Below, in pieces: positions 1 through 12,704 of a stretch of DNA of 64,000 bases. The position numbers were made by a program, and so were the translations under genes. The notes below the pieces were generated by a model that saw only the letters and a list, made by a program, of their open reading frames with translations, was not told the DNA's origin and ran no database searches. Positions within the stretch are counted from its first letter, which is position 1. The number at the start of each line of letters is the position of its first letter. Origin of the DNA: Podarcis melisellensis. Its lineage: Eukaryota. Location of the stretch: the NCBI GenBank assembly GCA_964234715.1, contig OZ174278.1. One strand, 5' to 3'.

Positions 1-297
1 TACTCCTCCCCACCTGTTTAATGAGCCGTGCTTTTTTAATCTGCGAGATTCTGGTGCTAAGCGGAACGAATACTCCAGAGGTTGTGTCATATCCTGTATG
101 TTGATGATGATCATGTTCAACTCAGATGGGCACAGACACTGAGAAGAAAGGGGCTCTTGACACAATGCATATGGCCATCAAAAATAGTATTTCAGATGGC
201 TTCCTGTGTGACTTTGTAGGTGGTTTGAATTTGATGCACTAATGGAGATGCATGGGTCTGTGGGTAGCATCACTCCTCTTTTGCTTGTGCAGTCTAC

Positions 298-1330
298 ACT
301 AGATTTCAGCTCGGCATTTAATACCATTCTACCACAACGTCTGGTGTCTAAACTGGAAGATCTGGGGCTCCCATTATCACTTTGTGGGTGGATATCGGCC
401 TTTCTGTCAGACCGCACCCGTACGATTGTGCCGCTGCTCACCCTAGTAATAGGGTTGTCAAATTTGCAGATGACACAACCGTGATTGGGCTCATCTCTGA
501 AAGGGAGGGTGAAACGGACTATAGAGATGAGGTGGAGCGGCTGACAGAGTGGTGCAGAGCTAACAACTTGCTCATAAATACAAGAAAGACAAAGGAGCTT
601 GTGGTGGACTTCAGGAGACAGAAGAGCAATGTCCAGCCACTTTTGATTGATGGGGTCTGTGTGGAGAGGGTAACAACGTTCAGATTTTTGGGTATTGAAT
701 TACAAGAGGATCTGTCCTGGAGTGTCAACACAAGGGGGCTTGTGAAGAAGGCACAGCAGAGACTGTACTTTTTAAGAATCCTAAGGAAAAACCATCTTCC
801 ACAGAAACTGCTGCTTGCCTTCTATCACTGTGCCATTGAGAGCGTGCTCACTTATGGCTTATGTGTGTGGTACGGAAGCTGTACTACCCAGGACAGGATG
901 GCGTTGTGCAGAGTTGTTAAGGCAGCAGAGAGCATTGTTGGCTGCCCACTCTCCACCTTAGAGCAGATTTATGCCACAAGGTGCCATAGGAAGGCACTGG
1001 ACATAGTAAAAGATCCATCGCATCCTGGTCACTGTCTCTTTGAGCTCCTGCCATCGGGACGGAGATACAGGACGATGATGACAAGAACGAGCCGTCTCAA
1101 GAACAGCTTCTTCTCCAGAGCGATCTCGGCCCTGAATGGGAAACCTGGACTTTGAAAGTCATCTAATCTTCCTTGCTGTATTATATTATATTGTTTTAAT
1201 TAGTGTTTTTATAGTTGTTCTGATTTTGAGTGGAGTGCCCTATCTGGGTGGATGGAGCAGCCAAGTAATTTCGTTGTCCCTGAGAGGGGGCAATGACAAT
1301 AAAGATATTATTATTATTATTATTATTATT
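298..1330 (+). mobile_element. Rex1/Babar-clade non-LTR retrotransposon, 5'-truncated, RT C-terminal part plus 3' UTR and (TTA)n tail
   Basis: LDFSSAFNTI motif at ~298, then ORF 382-1155 with VKFADDTTVIGLIS, NTRKTKELVVDFRR, FRFLG, KKAQQRLYFLR, LPSGRRYR and RLKNSFF, typical of Rex1/Babar RT; AATAAA plus (TTA)n tail ending ~1330. Confidence 0.9.
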
Positions 1331-1349
1331 AATGGGGATCACCCTGGGT

Positions 1350-1745
1350 TTTCTTCATCACTCATAATACTTGAAGCTGGGACCACCCAATGAAACTGAA
1401 CCTTGGAAGATTCAGACCAGACAAAAGAAAGTACTTCTTCACATAGATAAACTGCAATTTGGTCCCAAAAGAGGCAGTGATGGCCACCGACTTGGATGCC
1501 TTTAAAATCAGATTAGATAAATCCATGAAGGATAGAGATGATGGCTATGCCCTGCTTCCATTGTTGGAGGTAGAAGGCCTCTGATTACCAGTTTCTAGGG
1601 ATAACAGCTTTCCAGCTGGGAGTACACAGCTTTTGCACTCAGGTTCTGCTTTCAGGTTTCGCATAGGCATCTGGCGGACAACTCTGACAGCAGGATGCTG
1701 GACTAGGTAGGACTTTGGCTTGCTCCAGCAGGGATCCTTTTGCAT
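1350..1745 (+). mobile_element. CR1 LINE 3' fragment (decayed)
   Basis: gaagattcagaccagacaaaagaaagtacttcttcaca...gatggccaccgacttggatgcctttaaaatcagattagataaatccatg is the CR1 ORF2 end, followed by CR1 3' UTR. Confidence 0.75.
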
Positions 1746-3264
1746 TGTTAGGGTGCTGTGTGTATTATTTCTGCTTCCTAATTTCCAAGTCGTGGGGAAG
1801 GTACCTTTACGGAAATACCTTACATCAGATTAGCATTCCAGTGCAGCATTCACAGCACAGAAAACCACCACGTAAGTATGTCCTTACACATTGCAATGGA
1901 ACAAAGTGGGGGGCAGGGGGAGAGATTTTAAGATTTGCTTTCACCCAGCTGTTCTAATTCTCTGATAAAGTACATAGCTTATACTGACAGACTGAAGCAT
2001 AATCTGCTGCTAACTGTCCTAATATTTCATGATGGGGTAGAATATAAATATAGAGAAATGGATAACACAGCCCTGGTTCATACATTCACTGTGTGCTGCT
2101 GCTGCAGTAGTGGGGTAATGCAAGCCTCCCTGCGTTGCCCTGTTTATAGCCTGCAGTGTGAGCAAAGCCACTGGTCAATGGTCCATCACAAACAAGTCTG
2201 TTTTTTAAAAAAATTAATGTCCCTCCTCCCCGAAAAAAAAAACAAAGTGGGAGAAGATTACAGTAGACCTCCACCTGATGGGATATTCATTTGGCAAGGC
2301 TGGTTCAAGCTATAGGCTATGTATAGTATGTGGAACCGTCAGGTAACTGTACAACACTATAGCAGGGCTTTCCCCGAGTAAATGTGTGAAGAAGAGTGGA
2401 TTCTACTTTTTAGGTTACCCACCAGCTCCTCTACTTTCAGTAATCAGCTGCGGTAAGAATGGGTGAGTGTACACTTACTAAGATGGAAATAATTCCATGT
2501 ATTTTCAGCTCAATCTCAAGTGAAGTTAAGTTTTGGGAAATGGAACTGAAGTGAAAAGCAGTCTTTGGAACAGAGAATGTCAGCAGCCTTAATAACTCCT
2601 TTGGATCTTGATCACTTTAATTCCATCTTGCTTGGTATGTGAAACGTTGGATGAATGCACCAGACTCTGACACCAATGCGATGTACTTTTGCCTTGGACT
2701 ATAAATAGCTGAAACTTCTTTCTCATGACTTTTTAATGTTATAGCCAGAGGTGGATGTGAATTTATTAAAAAAAAATCAACAGGGAAAGAATAAATTCTG
2801 CAGCTCAGGAATATTTCCATGCAATAGAGCAAAGGTAGTAAACAAGGTGAAACTTACAGGATGTTTAGCTTTTGCTTAAAGATTTAAAAGGTGTTAAGGG
2901 ATAGGAACCCCATCTCTTACTTATCTGGTGATTCTAGGGATTGTATCTGAAACCAGGAAATATGCATAGACCATGCTTACAACCTATGAACAGCTGTCCC
3001 CCCACTGCTTAACATAATACTAACCTGAAGTTTGGTGATATACCTTTAATGATGTAGGTAGCTTCTTGAAAGACTGTGCAAATGGTGTCACTAAATGACA
3101 TGTTTAGTTCAGGCCAGTGAAAGCTCCTCCTCCATGTAGATAACATCAGGTGATGTGGGTTCTTAGTATGAATGCAGGATTCACACAAGCAATTTTTTTG
3201 AGGGAAAGGAATTGCACAACTCTGACATTCATATGCTGGTGTTGACTGATAAAGCCTAACATGG

Positions 3265-3727
3265 TTCAAGACCTCAATACCTTAAGAATCGTCTCTCCCC
3301 CTACAAACTGACCAGGACCCTGCACTTGTCATCTGAGGCCCTCCTCCTATGTCCCTTCTCTCAGAGAGGTTCAGAGGGTGGCAACAAGAGAATGGTCTCT
3401 TTCTGTGGTGGCTCCCTGGTTGTAGAATGCTCTCCCCAGTGAGGCTTGCCTGGCACCATCATTAGTTCAGGCTAGTGAAAGCTCCTCCTCCATGTAGATA
3501 ACATCACGTGATGTGGGTGCTTAGTGTGATTGCAGGATTCACACAAGCAGATGCCAGGCAAAAACATTCCTCTTTAACCAGGCCTAGGGCTGTTAAATAA
3601 TCTGTGGCTGGTAAAAGTGTGGGAAAGAAAACTGTTGATGTTTTATAATGTGTTTCTAATGTTGTACACTACTCTGAGATCTTTCAATAAAGGGCGGTAT
3701 ATAAATTGAAATAAATAATAATAATAA
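3265..3727 (+). mobile_element. L2 LINE 3' fragment with (AAT)n tail
   Basis: ttctgtggtggctccctggttgtagaatgctctcccc...gccaggcaaaaacattcctcttt...gggcggtatataaat followed by A/T-rich tail. Confidence 0.75.
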
Positions 3728-3729
3728 TA

Positions 3730-3988
3730 CAGTGGATGCTCGGGTTGCAAACGTGATTGTGCAGGAGGCACGTTCGCAACCCACAGTGTTTGCAACCTGC
3801 AGCGCCACGTCTGCACACATGTGGGTCACGATCCGGCACTTCTGCACATGCACAAAGCGCAATTTAGCACTTCTGCATGTGCGTGAGTGCCGAAACCTGG
3901 AAGTAACCCATTCTGGTACTTCCAGGTTCAGCGCGGTGCGCAACCTGAAAACATGCAACCTGAAGCGTCTGTAACCCGAGGTATGACT

Positions 3989-3989
<1 letters not shown>
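3730..3989. mobile_element. Tc1/mariner Tigger-like MITE inserted into the L2 (AAT)n tail
   Basis: TIRs cagtggatgctcgggttgca / tgtaacccgaggtatgactg flanked by TA. Confidence 0.85.

Positions 3990-4031
<42 letters not shown>
3990..4031. repeat. (AAT)n microsatellite
   Basis: direct reading. Confidence 0.95.
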
Positions 4032-4034
<3 letters not shown>

Positions 4035-5014
4035 TCTGAATCTGGTTTGGTGTAACTGAGTGTAAAGCTCAGTTCACACTACCCTTTTCCCAGATCGAAG
4101 TAGGTTTGGACCTGTGTTACAGATCAGCACAGAATCCATTCTTTTTCCAGACATGCCTGGTATCTAATGATCGTACACAATAAACAGCACTCACAGGAAC
4201 AGGTTCTGCACAGATCTCTGTGGCAATACAACTGTCTGAATCTTGCAGCACAATGGGGAAAATGTGTGTGTGTGTGAACTAGCTGTAACTTGGCTCAGAG
4301 ATGACTGCCATGCGCAGCTGCTTTTCTATCTTAAAGGGACACAGCCAATAGCTGTCACTGTTCAGAACTCAAAAGTCTAATTTCCTCCCTTGTCTGCTTT
4401 TTGTGAAATTGACAGTCATGAATAACAAAACTCACCTGCAGGCACAGTGTGGAGTTCTGTATTAATAAATCCCTAAAGCACAAAAATAAAGGGCACAACA
4501 AAATAATGTGGTGCCAATTTCAGTGAGATCAGTTTAATCTTTCATGCTGATACAGGGAGGTATTTATGAAGCTGGAGCATCTTTCAAATTTAGTCTCATA
4601 TTTATATTTGTGCTTTAGATTAAGCAAGATTTTGCTTTCAAGAGCTTGTCTTTGGTCTACTGTGAATATCAAATTATTTAGTACTTGCATATTTGTGTGT
4701 GAGTTTATTTGATTTTGGATTATTAAGTTATTGAGATGAATATTAATAGGTATCCTGGGATGTTATATGCATTTCGTTTTTTTGTCATAGATATATGTCG
4801 ATTTGCTCTAGGCACACTTGAAAAAGGCATGACTAGTTGCAGTAGAATGTAGATGGGGATGTATATTCCAATATTCCAAGTTCACATTTGCAATGTCTAA
4901 TACATACATGAATCACTTGATGGATCTTAGATGTATTGGGATAAAGGTTGTTTAGAATAATTCTCTGGAAATATAGCTTGGATAGGTATTATTTGCATGT
5001 CAGTCGTTGTTGTT

Positions 5015-5660
5015 TTTTAAAATAAGATTTTATTAAAGCTTTTTCATAATGCAGTAAGATAAAAGAAACTAATCTAAATAAAAACAAAAAACATTAAAAG
5101 AAAGAGGAAACAGCAAATGAAAACCAAAAAATAGAAGAAAAGAGAAAAAATAAAAGGACTTCTGAATTTCTATTTGTTCATTCCATAAACAAAGAAGTCA
5201 ATGAAATATTACTTTAGGATGATATCCAATGGTTTACTTTACTTTCTGCTAGGTAACATTTCCCCAATCTTCCACCTCAAAAGTGTCAGATTAATTCATT
5301 TTCCCTTTTACACAAAAAGTCCAAAAGGGGTTCTGTAATTAGGTTATTAATAAATGCCATCAATAGCTTTTCTCTTATCAAGCAGATCAACCTTGTCTCT
5401 AATAACTTCAACAATCATTCCTCCATAATAAATAATAATAAATATTTCCCTCTTTGTACACACAAGTGTCTCTCCACTGTGATTATATATTAAAATAATA
5501 TTCTATAATTCTTTTCTTATGTATTCATGAATTTGTACCAATTTCCATATCTTCAGTTCCCATTTCCTGTTGTATTTCCTATAGTTTTCTATCCTGGATT
5601 AAAAAAATTAACGCTTCCATTTCCACTTATTCCATCCTTTTTCCAAAAAGAACGCCAGAG
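5015..5660 (-). mobile_element. L1 LINE 3' fragment (decayed)
   Basis: minus strand ~5425-5295 reads MEE*LLKLLE..LICLIREKLLMAFI..PLLDFL, like squamate L1 ORF2 C-terminus; AATAAA/polyA end near 5015-5035. Confidence 0.65.
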
Positions 5661-5800
5661 GTCTGACACAATACAAAACAAAAATAATATTGTATCACTT
5701 AACTATACCATATTACTTCATGAACCTGCAAAGATACTCCTCCTTGTTCTGTATTTTGTAGTATTTGCTTTAGTATTTGAAAACTGTAAACCACTCTGAG

Positions 5801-5805
5801 TAACC

Positions 5806-5839
<34 letters not shown>

Positions 5840-5867
5840 TCAACTATGAATGAATGAATGAATGAAT
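5801..5867. repeat. (TAAC)n + (TGAA)n compound microsatellite
   Basis: direct reading. Confidence 0.9.
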
Positions 5868-6273
5868 GGTGAGAGGGTTGCCAGCCAAATGTCGAGTAGC
5901 ATATAAACTTATTCTGGCTGAAGCCAACACTGAGGTCCTGGTGTATAGGACCAAAGGCCCTTCTAGTCTAGCATCCTGTTTGAACAAGTAATTGCTTACT
6001 GCCAACAGTGAGGTTTAGAATCAGTTTAAATGGAAGGTATCAAATCCAAGTGGATTTCTACTACAGGGTTGCTGATAAAATTGTGTGAGAGAGGACATGG
6101 GGATCAATTTTCAGCCTTCAAAGCGCTGAATGCTACTTTTGGGGGAAAATACTCACTCTTTGAATTCCTTCATGTATCATTTCAACAGTGGCTAAATTAA
6201 GACAAATCCTTCTCTTGAATGCCTTCTGATTTCTGAAACTATGAATATTCTGTCATTATTATACTGAAATTAC

Positions 6274-7174
6274 TGTTGCGTGTCGAGGTCCCCAGGTCCA
6301 CCCCAATAACTCACACATCACACAGAATTTTTGTTTAAGGTTTTTGGCATAATTTTGGCCACAACTTTATTAAAATACAAATTTGTGAGTGGTTGCTTAG
6401 GCATTGGTTGCGACTATCTGCCCCCACCATGGGGGACAGACTGACATTCTGCACGATGCGAAAGTCAGAATGGGGGTTACGCGGAGCAGGGAACCTGCCC
6501 TCACCCCAAATGCAACCAGGCATTGGTTGCGACTATCTGCCCCCACCATGGGGGACAGACTGACATTCCGCACGATGTGAAAGTCAGAATGGGGGAATAC
6601 ACTTGGGGGTTACGCGGAGCAGGGAACCTGCCCTCACCCCAAATGCAACCAGGAGCTCATTGCTATGGCCCGAGCCCCCTTGACAGAGTGGACAAGCAAT
6701 AGTTAGCCCCCAATTCCTTTAACGGAATCCCTTGCAGCAGCAGCATTAGAGGGGCAGGCACAGCCAATCCATGCCCCTCAACCAACCAAACCATAAACCA
6801 ATGCCTAACCGCAACCTTACAAGTTGTGACGATTTGCTACGCAGTAGGCAAAAACCAAATGGCCCCAGCCAATCAGCCAGATGGACAAAATTCCTACCAG
6901 GCCCCCGCTCCAAAGCAGACGACCCCATGACAGGCATAGCAAGGTCAAAGCGAACAACCCTATTCTAGGGAGGGAGGGACGGGCAATCCGCTGCACAGGC
7001 GAAAAGAGGAAGCCCTAGCCTCGTGCAAGGAGTTTTAGCATTTCTGGCTGTCAATCAATAAATGGCAACATTAATTTCTTCCCAACAACAAGGGAAGCCC
7101 CAATCGCATCAGTGGCCAACGATCAGTTAGCCCGCCCCCAACTTTGGAGTGTCCTGGTGGCCCCCACCGCAACA
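6274..7174 (-). mobile_element. LTR-like terminal repeat (solo LTR or Ngaro/DIRS-type repeat) with internal tandem duplication
   Basis: inverted ends TGTTGCG...CGCAACA; minus-strand AATAAAGTTGTGGCC ~95 bp from the 3' end; GC/CpG-rich relative to flanks; no target-site duplication. Confidence 0.75.
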
Positions 7175-8082
7175 CGTGCTCTCCATGAAGGAGAACACGC
7201 TTTCTCCCTCAGCTGGGATTAGAGCCATAAGAAACAAAAAAGCCCACACAGAAGCATTTTTTTAAATAAAAAAATGGAATAAAATATGGAAAGAGTAATA
7301 GAAGATGATGAAGATGGTGGAATTGGATACATGAGGGAAAAATTGTTAGCAAGTTCTGGAGAGAAAAGAGCACTTCTGTTCTATTTAATATGAGAGCTCT
7401 TAGTGTGATTGTTCTTACCATTTGCAATTTGAATATATTATGTTTCCATTCACAAAACAATAACTAACTGTGTGAAATGGTTTCCAAAGGAGATAATGCA
7501 GTCTGGAAAGATGATGCTGAATTAAAATATGTAGCTGTGAGAATGTATGGGAACTAAATTCAGTGAACATACTGAATTATATCGAACTATCTACAGAAGT
7601 AACAAGCCCTAAACAAATTGGATGGTTGCATTTATTTATTTTTGCATCTCATATATTATTGGGAATGAATATAGAATTAGCTATAAGGAGAATACAGCTG
7701 AATTGGTTGAAAAGACACCCCTCCCCAGCATTTTTAAAAAGTGTTAGTTGAGGAAAAAGTTCAAACAAACCGATCAATTAAAGAAACATGACCATCACCC
7801 TAAAATGGGTTTATTTTGCCCTTAGTGTCACATCTTAGCCAGCCACCTCAGGTGGCGGAAGTGCAAGAGTTGGTGCTCCGTTTGCTTCACTGCTTACACC
7901 ACTAAAAGAAAAACCCCTTTTGCTGAATTTTGGCAAGAGGGAGGCATTCCGGCATATGGCATCGCCATGTGTCTTTCTCGCCCCTGGGGCAAAGAAGATG
8001 AGCCCCAAGGCTTTGTGGAATACCACCCTATCACCAAGTTTTGGTGACAGTCGGGTGTTTCAGCTGTGGTGGAAGTGGCAGG

Positions 8083-8143
<61 letters not shown>
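8083..8143. repeat. (TA)n(TG)n microsatellite
   Basis: direct reading. Confidence 0.95.
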
Positions 8144-8148
<5 letters not shown>

Positions 8149-8869
8149 AAACCAAATATCATAAAGACACCACAGTCTCTGCTGTGCCTTATTTCCAAAA
8201 GGAAATATGGACCCCAGGTAAGGGCCTGGAACTGTTGGAATCTCGCACTGCTCAGAGATTGGGGTGGCATGCAACAATATAATATTCATAGCTATACCTC
8301 AAACCTTTTAAAGGGATATGTGTATATTTTAATGTGATTCTATTATTATAACTTAACAAAATTGTATGCTCTGTGTTGAACTGAACAACAACGTATTTGC
8401 ACCAAGGTTATTTATAAATTCATTCTTCTCTGACCTGGAAATGTACCCACCCCATTCGGCAAAGACCTTGATTTAAAACCTAACCAGGAAATATTTATTT
8501 TCTAAATAAGAGAAATATATTTTAAAATGCTTTCTTGTAAAGCTGGCATTGTAGAGCATTTTGAAAGCTTCAGAATGGATATTACCACTTGTTGCTTAGA
8601 GATACATTTATTGCTTGAAATTTACTTGAACATGTTTTTTTTTAATCTTCATTAATAGTGGCCTTGTGCTCACTACGATTGCAAACATCTGTCTAGTTTT
8701 TTGTATTTCAGATTGCAGGTAGTGGCTCACATGAGATAGGGTGCTCACTGAAGGTGAGGCCTCAAAATATTATTCCCTCCCAAAATTCCATTACACTTTG
8801 AAAATGAGTGCTTCAAGGAGAAGGCTAGGTTAGGTCGCTTCTCTCTGATATATATTTTCTAGATGCATG

Positions 8870-9175
8870 ACTTTTTTGTATTGAGGAGTATTGCAGGCAG
8901 ATGCCATCTGTAACTGATGATTTGTCAGTTTTTAATTTGACAGTAAGGCCTGGAACTTAATCTCGTTTTACCATTATTTACCTCGGACTCTCTTCCCGAA
9001 AAAGTTAGTTCAGGCTCAGGGATCTGTCCTATGTCTTCTGCTGTGAAGACAGATGAAAGAATTCATTTGTCTTATCTGCAATATCCTTTCCTTTCTTCAG
9101 TACACCCTTGACTACCTTGTTGTCCAGAGGTTCAACTGCTTCCCTAGCCAGTCTCCTACTGCTAATGCATTTCTG
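8870..9175 (-). mobile_element. CR1 LINE ORF2 internal fragment
   Basis: minus strand reads RRLAREAVEPLDNKVVKGVLKKGKDIADK.NEFF.SVFTAEDIGQIPEPELTFSG, the CR1 pre-RT tether region, with a frameshift. Confidence 0.75.
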
Positions 9176-10031
9176 TTTTATGAGCGACTATGAATCTGTC
9201 TTGAGCAGTAAGAATATGATTGCCTTGGCATTCAGCAAATGAATGATTCTTCAGTATAAGATGGTGGAGTTAGTTATAGACTAGGAGTAACTTCACCCAG
9301 ATGGTACAAAGACTCTTTAAAACAATTTATTCCTTTGCCCAGTAAAGGAATTTGCCACAAATAATATTTATATTATACCAGCTTCCATCAGAAAAGCCAA
9401 TGTAATGTTCTATTTAATAGTACACCTTTAAGACTAGGAGGCGCTCAAATATCTCCCTTAAGAAATAGAGTTCCAGGACTCTTTTATATTAAAGTTGCTA
9501 CATTTTGGTATGACTCCCATGAGAAAAAAAAAGATCATTTACACATCAATTCCCAGGCTGAGTTTATTGAATCCATGCAGAGTGACTAAATGTAGTGTTC
9601 AAGAGAGCAGTGACTGAGCTATAGCTTAAACCTCCTCACTATAGCTGTGAGATGATTTAAAGTCCAATTTTTCAATCTTGACACTTAATCCATGGGTGTA
9701 AATTACTCCAGGGACCAATCAGTGCTCCATTATTTAATATAGAAGCTAAATATGAAGCTGGATTGCTTGCATCCTACAAGCTCTTGTACATTGCTCTTAT
9801 CAAGTCATACATCACCTGGGGAATTTTGAAAGCAGGCAAAGAGAACGAGCTTGACAATTCAAGCTATTTAAGAAGAGATGCAAGTCCTTTTTTTTACTAT
9901 ATAATTGATGGTACAAATGTTGAATTGTGCTGAACACTGTAGATAAAATAACAAATTTAAGCAACTTTAATGGAATAAAAAGATAGAAGGTGCAATTAAG
10001 TGAATGAAGCTTTGTTGATGTCCATGGTGTA

Positions 10032-10258
10032 CAGTGGTACCTCAGGTTAAATACTTAATTCGTTCTGGAGGTCCATTCTTAACCTGAAACTGTTCTTAAC
10101 CTGAAGCACCACTTTAGCTAATGCGGCCTCCCGTTGAGCACGATTTCTGTTCTCATCCTGAAGCAAAGTTCTTAACCCGAGGTACTATTTCTGGGTTAGC
10201 GGAGTCTGTAACCTGAAGCATCTGTAACTTGAAGCGTATGTAACCCGAGGTACCACTG
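10032..10258. mobile_element. Tigger-like MITE
   Basis: TIRs cagtggtacctcaggtta / taacccgaggtaccactg, TA TSD; near-identical to the copy at 38074. Confidence 0.9.
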
Positions 10259-12338
10259 TATACATATTTGCCTTTAGCTAGTCAATTCTATCAGCATGTT
10301 GAAAGTGCACTTGTTTTATCTGGGACTTAATACATTTTGGGATTAATAACAGTATTTCATTATTCTGATTCTCCTTAGTCCAAATGCATGAAGTCAGTAT
10401 AGCAGCAACAGACCTGTGTGGGCTTCGGAGTCAACTTCAGAGTGCAGATGGTGGCCCAATTGGGAGGCTCCTGCCTGTCCCATGGGATCCCCCATATTGT
10501 CAGTTGAGTGTAACAGAACAAAACCAAAGGGTTGAGGGAATCATTCATGTATCCTAAAATCCTAAAATGGGAATCCCACATATAATGAACAAATAACTGA
10601 AGATGTGGCTCCAAAGACTAGAGAAGAGATTGTGAGGAAAAAGTGTAATTCCTTTAAATTTGAAACAAGGTGGTTGGCTTTCTTTTTTAAAAATAATAAC
10701 CCCCCCCCCACCTTGTACTGAGGTTACTCTTCTATAGGCAAAATGATCTAATCCACTGAATACTGATGCATGGCAAAGTATAAAGATCAGAACATTCAGA
10801 TGCAAATGAAAGAGAAGAATGGAGAGTCTGTGAATAGGATTATTGTACAGAACCACTTCCTTGAGGTTTTACTGAAGACTACAGACAATCACACTTCATA
10901 CAGTAATAAAACAAGCTCCAGTAGGGAGCCACATCGTTCCACTAACATTGTTCAGAATCTATTGTGCTTGTCCCAAGGCACTGGACAAGAAAGGGGGAGA
11001 ACTAGGTTATCATTCTCCCCAGCAACAAGGCCTAGGAAATTCCCCCACCCCAACTGCTTCTGAAAATATTGCTTGCTAGTTAGTACTGTTTTAATGACAA
11101 GACTGTCTTTAAAATAATGAATAGGAATACTCTGAAAAATAAAAAATAGTGAATAAGAACATTCTGAGAACTATAAAGAATATCCATTATGTTTTCAATT
11201 TTCAAACCTTTCTTTTTCTGTTTTTTTTAAAAATAAATTTAATCTAATGCTTTTTTTCAGCATTGAAGTAAGATGACACTCAACTTGAAATATACTAATC
11301 CTAACAGACAGGCTAATCTAGCAGCTCGTCAAAAACCAACGTGTTTGTTGCTTAGCTTTTTCTGCTTTAACAAAATGCATTTTCTCAGGATTTGAAGGAG
11401 CTAGTATGAGATATCCAAACCTGAGTCTATCTAGTTGAAAGCACAGGCAGTGATTTAGTGCAGACAGAACACTCCTGATCGGGGGACTGGGAAAACACCC
11501 CTCACTAGATTTCTAGAGTCTGAAAGTAGACTATTCAAGAGGGTTTCTAAATCTACCCTTCCTTTTTTTAAAGTTGTCACTCCATGGTTAGGTGTGAATG
11601 ATACAAAAATATCACTGCACCATAAATCAGGGGTAGACCCTTAGGACTTTCAGAAGGCCACAACCACCAGCTACAGCTTCTCTCCCCAGTGGCCTTGCTC
11701 CACACCTTCTCCAGTGTTTTGCCTGGCTGGAATGTGTCCATGAACTCTGATAATGTTGCTTGCCTGAGTGGAGGATAGAGAGTCTACTGTACAAAGGTAA
11801 AATTTCCTCTGGCCACACCCAACACGGCTATATGGAACTCAAAAGTTTACCCCAAAAGGGAATTGAGCTCTCAAGCTGAAAAGTGAATTTATATGAGGGA
11901 GGGAGCAGGGAGGGAGAAACAACACAGAAGCTTGTAGCATGCTGCCAACTAGTAATTTGTGGAAAGACTGGGAATATTACAGCTGCACCAGGCCACTGAG
12001 ATGATACATAGACAAGGGGTGTACCACAGGCATAAGATTTGCCACTTGTCAATCAGACAGCCTCAGCCTCAGGTGTTCCATGGGTTGCCTGTCCGTCACA
12101 TCAGCTTTGTTTACCCATTCCACATTCACTATAGGAAAACTTATAAATAGCTATAACTCCCTCCCCCCGCCTCTTTTGACAGAAGTGCATGAATGTGCTG
12201 GTGTACTAGTCCCTTCAGAGTAGGGTCTTCTATGCTGGACACCTTTAAAAGGTTTGTTGGTTTATAAAAAGGCAATGCTTATAACTTTTTTAAAAGGGCA
12301 AAATTGGATGAAATTTGCAGGCATGTCTACGCCTTCTG

Positions 12339-12704
12339 GGGACGCAGGTGGCGCTGTGGGTTAAAGCCTCAGCGCCTAGGACTTGCCGATCGAAAGGTCG
12401 GCGGTTCGAATCCCTGCGGCGGGGTGCGCTCCCGCTGCTCGGTCCCAGCGCCTGCCAACCTAGCAGTTCGAAAGCACCTCCGGGTGCAAGTAGATAAATA
12501 GGGACCGCTTACCAGCGGGAAGGTAAACGGCGTTTCCGTGTGCAGCTCTGGCTCGCCAGAGCAGCGATGTCACACTGGCCACGTGACCCGGAAGTGTCTC
12601 CGGACAGCGCTGGCCCCTGGCCTCTTAAGTGAGATGGGCGCACAACCCCAGAGTCTGTCAAGACTGGCCCGTACGGGCAGGGGTACCTTTACCTTTACCT
12701 TTAC
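12339..12704 (+). mobile_element. Sauria SINE, full length, young
   Basis: tRNA-like head with A/B boxes (tggcgctgtggg; ggttcgaatcc), (ACCTTT)n tail, perfect TSD ctacgccttctg (12327-12338 and 12705-12716). Confidence 0.95.

Noticed and set aside
2699-2708. Perfect MEF2 site (others at 12141, ~17314, ~29615)
   Set aside because: Many isolated matches are expected by chance in AT-rich DNA.
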